The notes under the pieces were generated by a model. It saw nothing but the letters and a program-made list of their open reading frames with translations. It ran no database searches and was not told the origin of the DNA. This document shows, piece after piece, positions 43,462-51,694 of a stretch of DNA of 64,000 bases (positions are counted from its first letter, which is position 1; each line of letters begins with the position of its first letter). The stretch comes from Nanobdellota archaeon (GTDB lineage Archaea; Nanobdellota; Nanobdellia; Pacearchaeales; GW2011-AR1): the NCBI GenBank assembly GCA_038045385.1, contig JBBSYE010000002.1:65509-129508 (forward strand), written 5' to 3'. The position numbers and the translations under genes are program-made.

Positions 43462-43892
43462 TGACTAGACTCCACTTTTTCAATTAAACCTTGAGATTGT
43501 GAGGTTCTCTCTGCTTTTGTTTTTCTGTTCATTTCTGAATCAATAAGAAATCTTCCTTTCATTAAAACATAGTTGCTTATTTCTCTTAAGGTCATAGTTC
43601 CTGCGCAAAATCCCGCTAATACAGAGACGAGGTCACCTGCTGACTGGTAAAATGGAAATGTAGGAAATTTACTAGTAAAGTCGCGATAGATTATTGCTAA
43701 AGGAACGGCCACAACTACGGCTTTTGCATAATTTTTTCCTAAAATTTTTAAATTATCTATAGTTTCATTATCAATTCTATAAATTATTCTTGAGATTTCT
43801 TGTCTAGATATATCTGTGTCTTTTGCTTTTCCAATTAGTTCATTCACCTTTCCAGGATGTCTTCTGTATATCTTTAGTAGTTTTGTTTTCAT
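43458..43892 (-). CDS. Hypothetical membrane protein, paralogue of 42958-43461
   Basis: Start moved to Met8 (MKTKLLKIYRR) by TATA spacing. Confidence 0.6.
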   Translation of the reverse strand: MKTKLLKIYRRHPGKVNELIGKAKDTDISRQEISRIIYRIDNETIDNLKILGKNYAKAVVVAVPLAIIYRDFTSKFPTFPFYQSAGDLVSVLAGFCAGTMTLREISNYVLMKGRFLIDSEMNRKTKAERTSQSQGLIEKVESSQ

Positions 43893-43913
43893 ATTTATTG
43901 TTTGAATATTCAA

Positions 43914-43921
43914 TATTTAAA
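43914..43921 (-). promoter_or_regulatory. TATA box (TTTAAATA)
   Basis: 21 nt upstream of the ATG at 43892. Confidence 0.55.
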
Positions 43922-43954
43922 TGTTACCACTATATAGTTTATATAACCGAAAGC

Positions 43955-43962
43955 TTTAAATA
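43955..43962 (+). promoter_or_regulatory. TATA box (TTTAAATA)
   Basis: 21 nt upstream of the ATG at 43984 (Met5 of the track ORF). Confidence 0.55.
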
Positions 43963-43983
43963 CCTAATATTATGATAGGAAGT

Positions 43984-44829
43984 ATGACAGAAACAAGAGA
44001 AGTGGCGAAAATTGATACTTTTAGAGACAAATATGCTTCAGCAAAAGAGATTGAAGAGCTTATGAGGGGAAGCGATACAAGAGCAGAGCCTGAGCCTGAC
44101 AAAAGAAGGGCGAATTTACTTAGTCTTTTGAATGTTGGATACAATCATGGAATTAACGTTCCAGGTATGATTGATCCCGCGAGACATCCGAGGGTTTCTG
44201 ATTTAGACTTATCAGACAATGATAATCCTCATGTTCAATTATACCGAGTGGCTGCTGATAGTAAAAGGAACACTTCAGATGAAGATGCAAGCAAATACTT
44301 TTTTGCTAACTCTGGAGAGCTAATTGGGCAGATGAATGATGAATCTACTGGGAAGATTGTAGATAATCCTGAAATGCGAAAAAGATTGTCTGGAGAATTA
44401 CAAGCTTGGTATGCGGGTTATGAACAAGTAAATAAAAGCATTATGCAGGCGAAAGGGCTTGAAGCTACTGTTAAATCTGGAGGCAATGTTCCAAAGGAAT
44501 TGCGTGAGCCATTTATAGCAAAAGTTGCAGATGAGAATGCAAGAAAAACTATTGAACATTATAAAAGTAAAGGATTTAGCGAAGAATTACAAGCTGAAGC
44601 TGGAAAGATTGCGAAGATTGCCGCGTCTATTGCAACATATACTCCTGAAGATTTTGTTCCTGCTGCCGAAGCATTAGTAAAGGATAGAGAGAATGCTCTT
44701 GAAGAATTTACTAGAGAAACTATGAGTCCTAGAAATTATGTAATTGCAGGGCTTAATGAATTGGCTGGAAGTGAAGATGGAGTTACTAGGGCATTAGCTA
44801 GAGATTTAGTTTATGCGGCAACTGATTAA
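43984..44829 (+). CDS. Hypothetical protein (281 aa, helical, acidic)
   Basis: ORF with a correctly spaced promoter. No family recognised. Confidence 0.6.
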   Translation: MTETREVAKIDTFRDKYASAKEIEELMRGSDTRAEPEPDKRRANLLSLLNVGYNHGINVPGMIDPARHPRVSDLDLSDNDNPHVQLYRVAADSKRNTSDEDASKYFFANSGELIGQMNDESTGKIVDNPEMRKRLSGELQAWYAGYEQVNKSIMQAKGLEATVKSGGNVPKELREPFIAKVADENARKTIEHYKSKGFSEELQAEAGKIAKIAASIATYTPEDFVPAAEALVKDRENALEEFTRETMSPRNYVIAGLNELAGSEDGVTRALARDLVYAATD

Positions 44830-44999
44830 TACCAAGTTGTTAAGTAACAACGCATATTGAGAGGTGCTTGATTTTATTTTGATATTTATTCTTTCTTATT
44901 TCTGATAATTTTTATTGCAATAATTGTGTTAAAGAAGCCAATTGTAAGCCAAAGAGGTATGATTTTGGAGCATGGGCAAGATAATTATTCTGAATTCTA

Positions 45000-45845
45000 T
45001 TATTTCTTAACAATTAAAGAATCTATAACTTCAGTCATTTTTTTCACAAAATTTTCAGCGCGTTCTTGCCACAAGTCTATTTCAGCGCCGTGTATCTTTG
45101 TAATTTTGCCGTGAATTATGTCTTTGTGCATGGCGAAGACTTGGCGATACCAGTTTACGTAGTCTAACTTAAGCATGCCTTTATCGACGAAATGTTCTTT
45201 CATAAGTTCTGAAACGTGTTCTGGTGAGGGCGGAAGAAGATTGGCCATTATTAGTGCGGCTTGAGCGGAATCAACCATTGCCCAATAAATCCCTTCAATA
45301 GAACCGAGTTGAGCCATTCTGCTTCTTGCTAAATGAGTTGGCGCTCTTTGTAATGCTTCGTAGACTGCTTCTGGAGTTGGATTTATTCTGCCTTGAACTA
45401 ATAATGCTTTGAGGGGATTGAAGAATCCGTTATCAATTAGAGCTTCGCCATAACGAACTATATTTAGAACGACTGGATCGCCATGCATTAAATCTTGCCA
45501 CCAAGTTGTTAGCTTTATTGTATTGACGTGTAAATCTCTTGAATAGCTTTTAGTGCTTACTAGTCTTCCTAGTTCTTCGCGATACCATGCCGTTAACTCG
45601 AGATCCCAATTTATTGAGGCATCATCGATTATTATTATCACATCAATGTCTGACGCTGACGTAGCGGTGTTTTTTGCTTGAGAGCCGAATAGGACTGTTG
45701 CTTTTACTATATTATCGAATCTTTTATGAACTGATGAGGCAAAGTCTAGGGCTATATCGCGTTCTGAAGTGAGCTTAGGCTGGGAAAGTGGTTTTTTAGT
45801 TATTTTTACCTTCGGCTTGCTATGTCTTATTGAGCTAGAAATCAT
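45000..45845 (-). CDS. Nucleotidyltransferase-domain protein with HEPN-like C-terminal domain
   Basis: VLFGSQAKNTATSASDIDVIIIIDD. IEGIYWAMVDSAQAALIMANLLPPSPEHV is paralogous to 34298-36076. Confidence 0.7.
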   Translation of the reverse strand: MISSSIRHSKPKVKITKKPLSQPKLTSERDIALDFASSVHKRFDNIVKATVLFGSQAKNTATSASDIDVIIIIDDASINWDLELTAWYREELGRLVSTKSYSRDLHVNTIKLTTWWQDLMHGDPVVLNIVRYGEALIDNGFFNPLKALLVQGRINPTPEAVYEALQRAPTHLARSRMAQLGSIEGIYWAMVDSAQAALIMANLLPPSPEHVSELMKEHFVDKGMLKLDYVNWYRQVFAMHKDIIHGKITKIHGAEIDLWQERAENFVKKMTEVIDSLIVKK

Positions 45846-45890
45846 TTATCACCTCGTATATTGATTGGCTTTTTTCTTTTTAAATGTTCG

Positions 45891-46208
45891 CTACTCTTTT
45901 TCTTTGGAATGTATGAAATCAACTATCGCTTCTAGGGTTTGTCTTTCTTCCGCGTTTATTTTGACTTCACATCTATCTTCTGACTTGATTTCATGAGTAA
46001 TCTCAATCCCTGCGCCAGGATAGTTGTAAGTCACTATCATATCTGAGTCAACTTTCTTAACGCATGTATTTGTTCTTCTCATCTCTAGTAGTTTTCTTGG
46101 AATTTGGATTGTTGCAAAATCATCGAAGTTTCTTGCTTGATAAATTCCTCTCGGAGGACCATAGTAAAAAGGTTTTATTTCGGATCCTGTGCCCATTCCT
46201 CCGCCCAT
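45891..46208 (-). CDS. Hypothetical protein (105 aa; Gly-rich N-terminus MGGGMGTGSEIKPFYYGPPRG)
   Basis: ORF plus own TATA box. Confidence 0.6.
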   Translation of the reverse strand: MGGGMGTGSEIKPFYYGPPRGIYQARNFDDFATIQIPRKLLEMRRTNTCVKKVDSDMIVTYNYPGAGIEITHEIKSEDRCEVKINAEERQTLEAIVDFIHSKEKE

Positions 46209-46229
46209 ATAATTTTCTAATTTGACGGG

Positions 46230-46237
46230 TATTTAAT
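46230..46237 (-). promoter_or_regulatory. TATA box (ATTAAATA)
   Basis: 21 nt upstream of the ATG at 46208. Confidence 0.5.
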
Positions 46238-46254
46238 GTTTTATATTGTCTATT

Positions 46255-48126
46255 TTATTCTGTTGGCGTGCCTGATACGCGACTTCTGCCTTGCATTTCT
46301 CCGCCTAGGGATGTTGGAAGTCCTGAGAAGCCAGCACCATAAGTTTGGAAGTGAACATCTGGTAATGTAGCGCCATAACCAGAAAAGTAGCCGTGCGTTG
46401 GAGGAGTTTTCCAATAGGATGACATTTGCATTGGATAAAGTGAAGAGTTGAACGCACTAAGAGTTTCACGGAATGGAGTCGTTTTGAAATCTGCGAACCA
46501 TCCGCCAGTTTCTACTATTTGCTTTATTTTGTTTACTTTATCTCCAAATTGCTTTCTCAACACTTCTTCGTGTTCTTTTATTGGAACATTTCCCATTCCC
46601 ATTGGTAATTCTGTATGTGCAAGGCCGAAATTATCGGATAAGTGAACGTGTTTGATATAAGGAGCGATAGTTTGTGTTTCTTTGACTATGTCTTTATCAT
46701 CATATCCTGATTTGCGAATCATATTGATATGGCCAACGTCCCAAGTTACTCCGATTATCTCTTTTGCTTTTTTATCTGCTTCTTTTCTGGACATTCCGTC
46801 TTCTACTGCTTTATCTGAGAATTTTTTATGTGCTGCTTCAACTAGTTTCTTTATGTCTTCTGCTCTGCTTATTCCCATGCCCGCAGGGGGATTTTCAAGG
46901 CCTAATATTGGGGTTGATTTGCCGAACTCTTTATAGGCATCAAAAGCAGCGTTTGCGAAAGTTTCTGATGCCTTTTCGATTCCGAAATCTTCAAGAGCGC
47001 GATATTGTACAGGGACTCCCGCATGGTCTTTTATTGAATTAAGATTTCTTGTTGCTTTTGCTATTTCGTCTATGAAATCTTTTAGCTTTTCGGGATTTTT
47101 TTCATGTCCTTGAAGCTTTGGAACTATTTGTTCTCTAACTTCTTTCAAGGCAGTTTTTAATTTATTATTTCCTTGCTTTGTTGCGCTGTCATAGGCGTTA
47201 TTGTAGATTTCTTGTAGAGTGAGATAAGCATCTTGGGCATATTGTTTAGCGAAGCCTAATTCACTGACGGTTTGCTTTGCTAGATCTCTTTCTGTGTTAT
47301 TTGAAAATGTGTTTAGGAATTTTTCATATTCCTTTGGATCTTTTTCGGATAACTTGAAGAATTCGGGTATCTTTTCTGCAAATTCTGGATTTCTTTTTAG
47401 TCCTTCTTCATCGCGAAAACTTGTGCCTCTAACAAATGAAATTCTTGCTTGGTCAGCCAGTCTTGTTACTTGGCTTAAGGAATCAGTCCATTGTCTCTTG
47501 TTGAAATCATCTATCTGTGCTTTAGGATCAGTTATTTTATTTTGAAAATAATTTTCTTGTTGTCCCGGAATTGCGCTTAGTTTTCCCGTTTGTTCATTTA
47601 TTACTAAAAATCTTGAGCTTATTTCTTTCATTTTTCCATTTTCGTCTTTTACTTTCACTTTTGTATTGGGCTCTGGTAGGCCATTGCTAGTGTGGAAAGT
47701 TATTACGATATTGCCATTAGGGTCTAGCTGATGGCCTCTTTGAATTGAGCTTAAAACTTCGCGTTCTACTTGTTTTCTTTGAGCTTCATTCCAACCGCCT
47801 TCGCTCCAACCTGTTGCTTCAACTAGTGGAGCGTGGAATGTTAGTTCTGCCCCTGATAATTTTTTTAGTCTTTCTATTTCTTTGAAGTGCTGTTTTGGAA
47901 TGTAGTCAATTAAGCCCATCGGGCCTTCGCCTTTTGCTATGTTCACTCCGGATACTTCGATGACTTTTGCTCCAGTGTTTAGCTTTTTTGAAACTGCATC
48001 AATCTGGTTTGCAGTTCTTGGGTCTGAAGGAAATCCGAAAGAGCTTGCAGGTAAGGTATATCCAGTAAAGTTATCACCGTAACTGGAGATTTTTTTATCG
48101 TAAAAATTGTGTGAGTAATCAGCCAT
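46255..48126 (-). CDS. Endonuclease IV / xylose-isomerase-like TIM-barrel protein split by a ~270-aa helical insertion, with a G/Y/S-rich tail
   Basis: Motif series in EndoIV order: ELTFHAPLVE, ITFHTSNG, [insertion], LGLENPPAGMG, VTWDVGHINM, HVHLSDNFGLAHTELPMGMGNVP. Confidence 0.55.
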   Translation of the reverse strand: MADYSHNFYDKKISSYGDNFTGYTLPASSFGFPSDPRTANQIDAVSKKLNTGAKVIEVSGVNIAKGEGPMGLIDYIPKQHFKEIERLKKLSGAELTFHAPLVEATGWSEGGWNEAQRKQVEREVLSSIQRGHQLDPNGNIVITFHTSNGLPEPNTKVKVKDENGKMKEISSRFLVINEQTGKLSAIPGQQENYFQNKITDPKAQIDDFNKRQWTDSLSQVTRLADQARISFVRGTSFRDEEGLKRNPEFAEKIPEFFKLSEKDPKEYEKFLNTFSNNTERDLAKQTVSELGFAKQYAQDAYLTLQEIYNNAYDSATKQGNNKLKTALKEVREQIVPKLQGHEKNPEKLKDFIDEIAKATRNLNSIKDHAGVPVQYRALEDFGIEKASETFANAAFDAYKEFGKSTPILGLENPPAGMGISRAEDIKKLVEAAHKKFSDKAVEDGMSRKEADKKAKEIIGVTWDVGHINMIRKSGYDDKDIVKETQTIAPYIKHVHLSDNFGLAHTELPMGMGNVPIKEHEEVLRKQFGDKVNKIKQIVETGGWFADFKTTPFRETLSAFNSSLYPMQMSSYWKTPPTHGYFSGYGATLPDVHFQTYGAGFSGLPTSLGGEMQGRSRVSGTPTE

Positions 48127-48147
48127 ACTACTTCAGAGGGATGTATT

Positions 48148-48155
48148 TATTTAAA
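48148..48155 (-). promoter_or_regulatory. TATA box (TTTAAATA)
   Basis: 21 nt upstream of the ATG at 48126. Confidence 0.55.
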
Positions 48156-48158
48156 CCT

Positions 48159-48710
48159 TCACCAGAGGGATTTTTTCTTCTTTCTTTCGTCAGCTAAACT
48201 TGGGGTGTAAGTTTCTTTTCTTTCTGTTGAAAATTCGTGTTCTCTTGCTTTTTCGGCTTGTCTTTCTTCTCGAGTTCCTTGGGCTATAGTCGGCGCTTTA
48301 TTATCTTCTTGCTTTTTTGATTCATAAGTTAAGCCATCTTTTTTGCCTGTGGTTGGGCCATAGGTTGTTGCTCTTGCTCCATCATACGAATTTTTTCTTT
48401 CTTCTCTATCTTCTGATTTTTCTCTTCTTTCTTCGGAGAGTCTTGGAGTTTCTCTAGTAGTTACTTGCTCTAGATTTGAAGTTTTGCCTTCTTTTTTGAC
48501 ATTTATTTGCATTTGTTGTCTTTCTAGTGCGCCGGCTCGCATTCTTTTAATTATCTCAAGTTTTTGTTCTAGAGTTAATTCTTGTTCTTCTTCCTTTTCT
48601 GCTTCTTTCTCGATTATTTTAATTTTGCTTTGCTTTTCTCTAAGGATTATTTTATTTTCTTTTGTAAATTCTTTAGATTTATTTTGAATTTCTTTAATTA
48701 TTCTTTTCAT
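48159..48710 (-). CDS. K/E/R-rich low-complexity / coiled-coil protein (183 aa)
   Basis: ORF. Its start abuts the stop of the 503-aa gene (1-nt gap). Confidence 0.55.
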   Translation of the reverse strand: MKRIIKEIQNKSKEFTKENKIILREKQSKIKIIEKEAEKEEEQELTLEQKLEIIKRMRAGALERQQMQINVKKEGKTSNLEQVTTRETPRLSEERREKSEDREERKNSYDGARATTYGPTTGKKDGLTYESKKQEDNKAPTIAQGTREERQAEKAREHEFSTERKETYTPSLADERKKKKSLW

Positions 48711-48711
48711 T

Positions 48712-50223
48712 TTATGGCCAAGCGGGCATCATATGTGCTTTTTTATAAGTGTCAAATAGAGTTCTACATTTTTCTGAAGAGTCAATCACGACTTGGGAGC
48801 GAATTATTTTTTCAAATGCGTCATCTTTCCTTATTCCTCTTGATAAATCTTCTTTCTCAGGCTCTACTTTTTCAGTTTTAAAGAAAGAACCGAATCCAGA
48901 AAATAAGGCTGAAAATGGATTGCTATCATCTGCCTTTTCTTCTTTCTCGTTTTTTGTTTTTTTGTCTGCAATAAACATTTCAATATCTTCTCTTATCTGT
49001 CCTATGCTTTCGTTTGTTGAACCTTCAATTAAACTTAGAATATCCCCAAAGTTACTTTTTTTAGATTCCTCTTTAAAGATTTCAATCTCTTGTTCGTTTA
49101 GAGCGTAAGAAGTGAATACGATTTCAGTTCTTCCTCCATATGAGTAACCTTGCCCGACTCTTTGAGGGATTCCTCTAAAGTTCAAGTCTATAGCAACAAC
49201 AGAATAGTATTTTCTTGTTTTTACTTTTGAGAAACTTGAGGGGAGATTGCCTGCATCTACGTCATCATTTGGATCGTAGCCACTCTGACAAAGAAGAGAT
49301 AATTCTAGAATGATTGTATTGAAAGTATTTACAAGTGCAGCAGATGGCTCTATATTTTGTTCAAGGCGATTTGCTGATTTTAGATAGGGAGTAATCCATC
49401 TTGAGTATAATTGAATGTTATTATACTGACTTTTGAGATATTGCCTTTCGATTTCATATCTTTTTCTCATTTCTGTTTCTGATTCTCTTAACCAGCGATT
49501 AAACTCCTCTATTCTTTGTTTTACAATTCTTTTTACTCGGTCATTAAGATCTATTTTATCTACCGAATTTGCATCTTCTGCGACCATAAAAGCGTCAATT
49601 ATTGTGACATAGTCAAATTGGGCTACTAGGCCTTTGATACTTGTGTTCCCTCGCTTAATGTCTACGTTGTCCATCCAGATTTGTTTTAGAGAATAATAGG
49701 CGGCATCTTTTTTCCCCTTGTCTTTTGACTTTAGATCATCATAAAGCTCAAGTCTTATCTTGAATTCTTTTAAGTCGTATATTATATTTAGAATTGATTT
49801 TAGAACAGTGTTTACTGTTCCTAACATACTCATTGCTTTCTCTTGCATAGCCGTTGCTTTTTGACCCAGTTCGGAGAAATAGCTTGAACCTGGAGAGGCG
49901 ACGAAGTTGTCATTTATTTTATCTACTTTTTTGAACATCTTGTTTGTAAAATCAAGAATCCAGAAATATAATGGCTCAAGACTTTCGGTCATTGAATCGT
50001 AGATTATTTTGTGCTTTTCAATTGGAGTTTTGAGGGCTTTAGCGTCCATAGGGCTCATCATTGTTTTGTCTAAGTCTATCATTTCCCCTTCTACTGGCTC
50101 GGCGATTTTCATCGCCTCTTGATAACCTTTCTCTTTTATAATTGCTTTAACTTGCTCTCTAACTTTTGGGCTACAATAGACATCAGGACTGATAGTAGCT
50201 ATTAGTTTATGTATATCTGCCAT
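48712..50223 (-). CDS. Hypothetical 503-aa protein (helical N-domain, central coiled coil, beta-rich block, acidic linker)
   Basis: ORF plus TATA box. No family recognised. Confidence 0.7.
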   Translation of the reverse strand: MADIHKLIATISPDVYCSPKVREQVKAIIKEKGYQEAMKIAEPVEGEMIDLDKTMMSPMDAKALKTPIEKHKIIYDSMTESLEPLYFWILDFTNKMFKKVDKINDNFVASPGSSYFSELGQKATAMQEKAMSMLGTVNTVLKSILNIIYDLKEFKIRLELYDDLKSKDKGKKDAAYYSLKQIWMDNVDIKRGNTSIKGLVAQFDYVTIIDAFMVAEDANSVDKIDLNDRVKRIVKQRIEEFNRWLRESETEMRKRYEIERQYLKSQYNNIQLYSRWITPYLKSANRLEQNIEPSAALVNTFNTIILELSLLCQSGYDPNDDVDAGNLPSSFSKVKTRKYYSVVAIDLNFRGIPQRVGQGYSYGGRTEIVFTSYALNEQEIEIFKEESKKSNFGDILSLIEGSTNESIGQIREDIEMFIADKKTKNEKEEKADDSNPFSALFSGFGSFFKTEKVEPEKEDLSRGIRKDDAFEKIIRSQVVIDSSEKCRTLFDTYKKAHMMPAWP

Positions 50224-50247
50224 CTTTTTGCTAGGAGGTAGAGGGTT

Positions 50248-50255
50248 TATTTAAA
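50248..50255 (-). promoter_or_regulatory. TATA box (TTTAAATA)
   Basis: 24 nt upstream of the ATG at 50223. Confidence 0.5.
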
Positions 50256-50272
50256 CTATTCCTTGAGAATTA

Positions 50273-50839
50273 TTATTGTAAAATTATTCTATATTGTTCT
50301 CTTGGTTGCGAGGTAAGGGTCAGCTCACATGCTCTGCCTAAATCTTCTAGAATGCTTTTGGCTAGTCTCGATTTTGGCTTTTCTGGCTCTTGATATCTTG
50401 CATCTTTGTTTCTTTCTGTAATGTTAATTGAAATTTCGCCATCCCTTGCTTTTAATTTGCCCCAATGAGCAGGAGGATAGCTAGATGCTTTGACGTGGCT
50501 TTCAAATTCCCTATATAATCTGGACATTACTTCTTCGGAGTTTGATAGGCCATGAAACATGTAGCCTTCAAATCTAGCTTTTAGATAAGGATGAAATTTC
50601 CCTTCTTTCCCAATGTTTAATTCTTCTACTTTTGCTTCTTTTGCATCCCTTGCGTAAGTAATAAGAGTTCTCCAAAAGTTTGTTGTAAAGTCTTCCTTTA
50701 CTAGAGATATCCTTGTTCTCTTTTCTCTTTCTGATAATCTGTTGAATTTTGCTGAGTCTTCCTTAAATTGAGAACATAGACTTTGACTATAGAAAATCAT
50801 AAACCTTGTTGTTGGTTTGAATTCAGGGAATGAGGCCAT
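50273..50839 (-). CDS. Hypothetical protein (188 aa)
   Basis: ORF plus TATA box. No family recognised. Confidence 0.65.
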   Translation of the reverse strand: MASFPEFKPTTRFMIFYSQSLCSQFKEDSAKFNRLSEREKRTRISLVKEDFTTNFWRTLITYARDAKEAKVEELNIGKEGKFHPYLKARFEGYMFHGLSNSEEVMSRLYREFESHVKASSYPPAHWGKLKARDGEISINITERNKDARYQEPEKPKSRLAKSILEDLGRACELTLTSQPREQYRIILQ

Positions 50840-50860
50840 ATTTTTCTTATTTAGATTAGA

Positions 50861-50868
50861 TATTTAAA
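50861..50868 (-). promoter_or_regulatory. TATA box (TTTAAATA)
   Basis: 21 nt upstream of the ATG at 50839. Confidence 0.55.
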
Positions 50869-50886
50869 GATTCTTACAACGAACAT

Positions 50887-50894
50887 TTTATATA
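50887..50894 (+). promoter_or_regulatory. TATA box (TTTATATA)
   Basis: 21 nt upstream of the ATG at 50916. Divergent partner of the 50861 box. Confidence 0.55.
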
Positions 50895-50915
50895 TTTCTC
50901 GCTCTTAGGGTTAAT

Positions 50916-51278
50916 ATGGGTTTTTTTAAAAGAGGCGAGGTAGTTGACTTGACTGAATGGAAGCGCCGAGGTTTGTTAGAGATGCCTCCGGAAGAGCCTT
51001 CTTTGGGGAAGATTGACAAGAATGGAATGATTGACCTTACCGCCATTGGAGCTAGCGAACCTGCTTCTAACCCAAGTGTTTCTCCAAGTGCCGAATCTAA
51101 TGTTCCAAGTTTTGATTTTCTTGATAATCCTTCACAAACTCAATCTTCGCAACCGATTGTCCAGCAGTCGCCTTTGGAGTTAAATGAACTAAAATTAAAG
51201 CTGGATGATACAATGTTTAAGCTGGATTTGATGCTTGAAAAGATTAAGAATATTGAGAGCCGATTGGGGATAGGATGA
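50916..51278 (+). CDS. Hypothetical protein (120 aa): MGFFKRG N-terminus, S/P/Q-rich linker, C-terminal coiled coil
   Basis: ORF plus TATA box. Confidence 0.6.
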   Translation: MGFFKRGEVVDLTEWKRRGLLEMPPEEPSLGKIDKNGMIDLTAIGASEPASNPSVSPSAESNVPSFDFLDNPSQTQSSQPIVQQSPLELNELKLKLDDTMFKLDLMLEKIKNIESRLGIG

Positions 51279-51289
51279 TTAAGCTTCTT

Positions 51290-51694
51290 TTATTGATTTT
51301 TGAGTCCTGTTATTAGTTTTTTTAGCTCGTCAATAGTTTGAGAGCCATCAGCCAATGTAATACTCTGCCCGTAGTAATTTAATGAGTTCCTTAAAATTCT
51401 TAATCTGTCAAATAATTGTGATAGTTCTTCATTTTTGACTATTTCTTTGAGGAAACAAGTATAGCATTCATGATTGTATATTTTGAAATTTTTGCTGATT
51501 GCTATGGCTTCTAGCAATTCTCTAGCGGAATCATAGTATAGTGAAATCTTAGAAGTTATGGTTGTTTCATTTAACGGCAATATATCTGCACTCAGTTTTT
51601 TATTTTCAGATGTTTGTCTTAACGAGTTGATAAGCTCTAAATCTATATTTGAAGGACGAGCTATTTTTTTAGCAAGGCATTCTTTCCAGTCCAT
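51290..51694 (-). CDS. HEPN-domain protein (partner of the upstream wHTH-NTase)
   Basis: 134 aa. Helical, with an LRILRNSLNYYG motif region. 1-nt overlap with the NTase gene. Confidence 0.6.
   Translation of the reverse strand: MDWKECLAKKIARPSNIDLELINSLRQTSENKKLSADILPLNETTITSKISLYYDSARELLEAIAISKNFKIYNHECYTCFLKEIVKNEELSQLFDRLRILRNSLNYYGQSITLADGSQTIDELKKLITGLKNQ

Noticed and set aside
48712-50839. The 188-aa plus 503-aa gene pair, considered as TssB/TssC-like contractile sheath subunits because of the matching sizes
   Set aside because: It is a size coincidence only. I see no sequence resemblance to VipA/VipB, and no tube, baseplate or ATPase genes are nearby.
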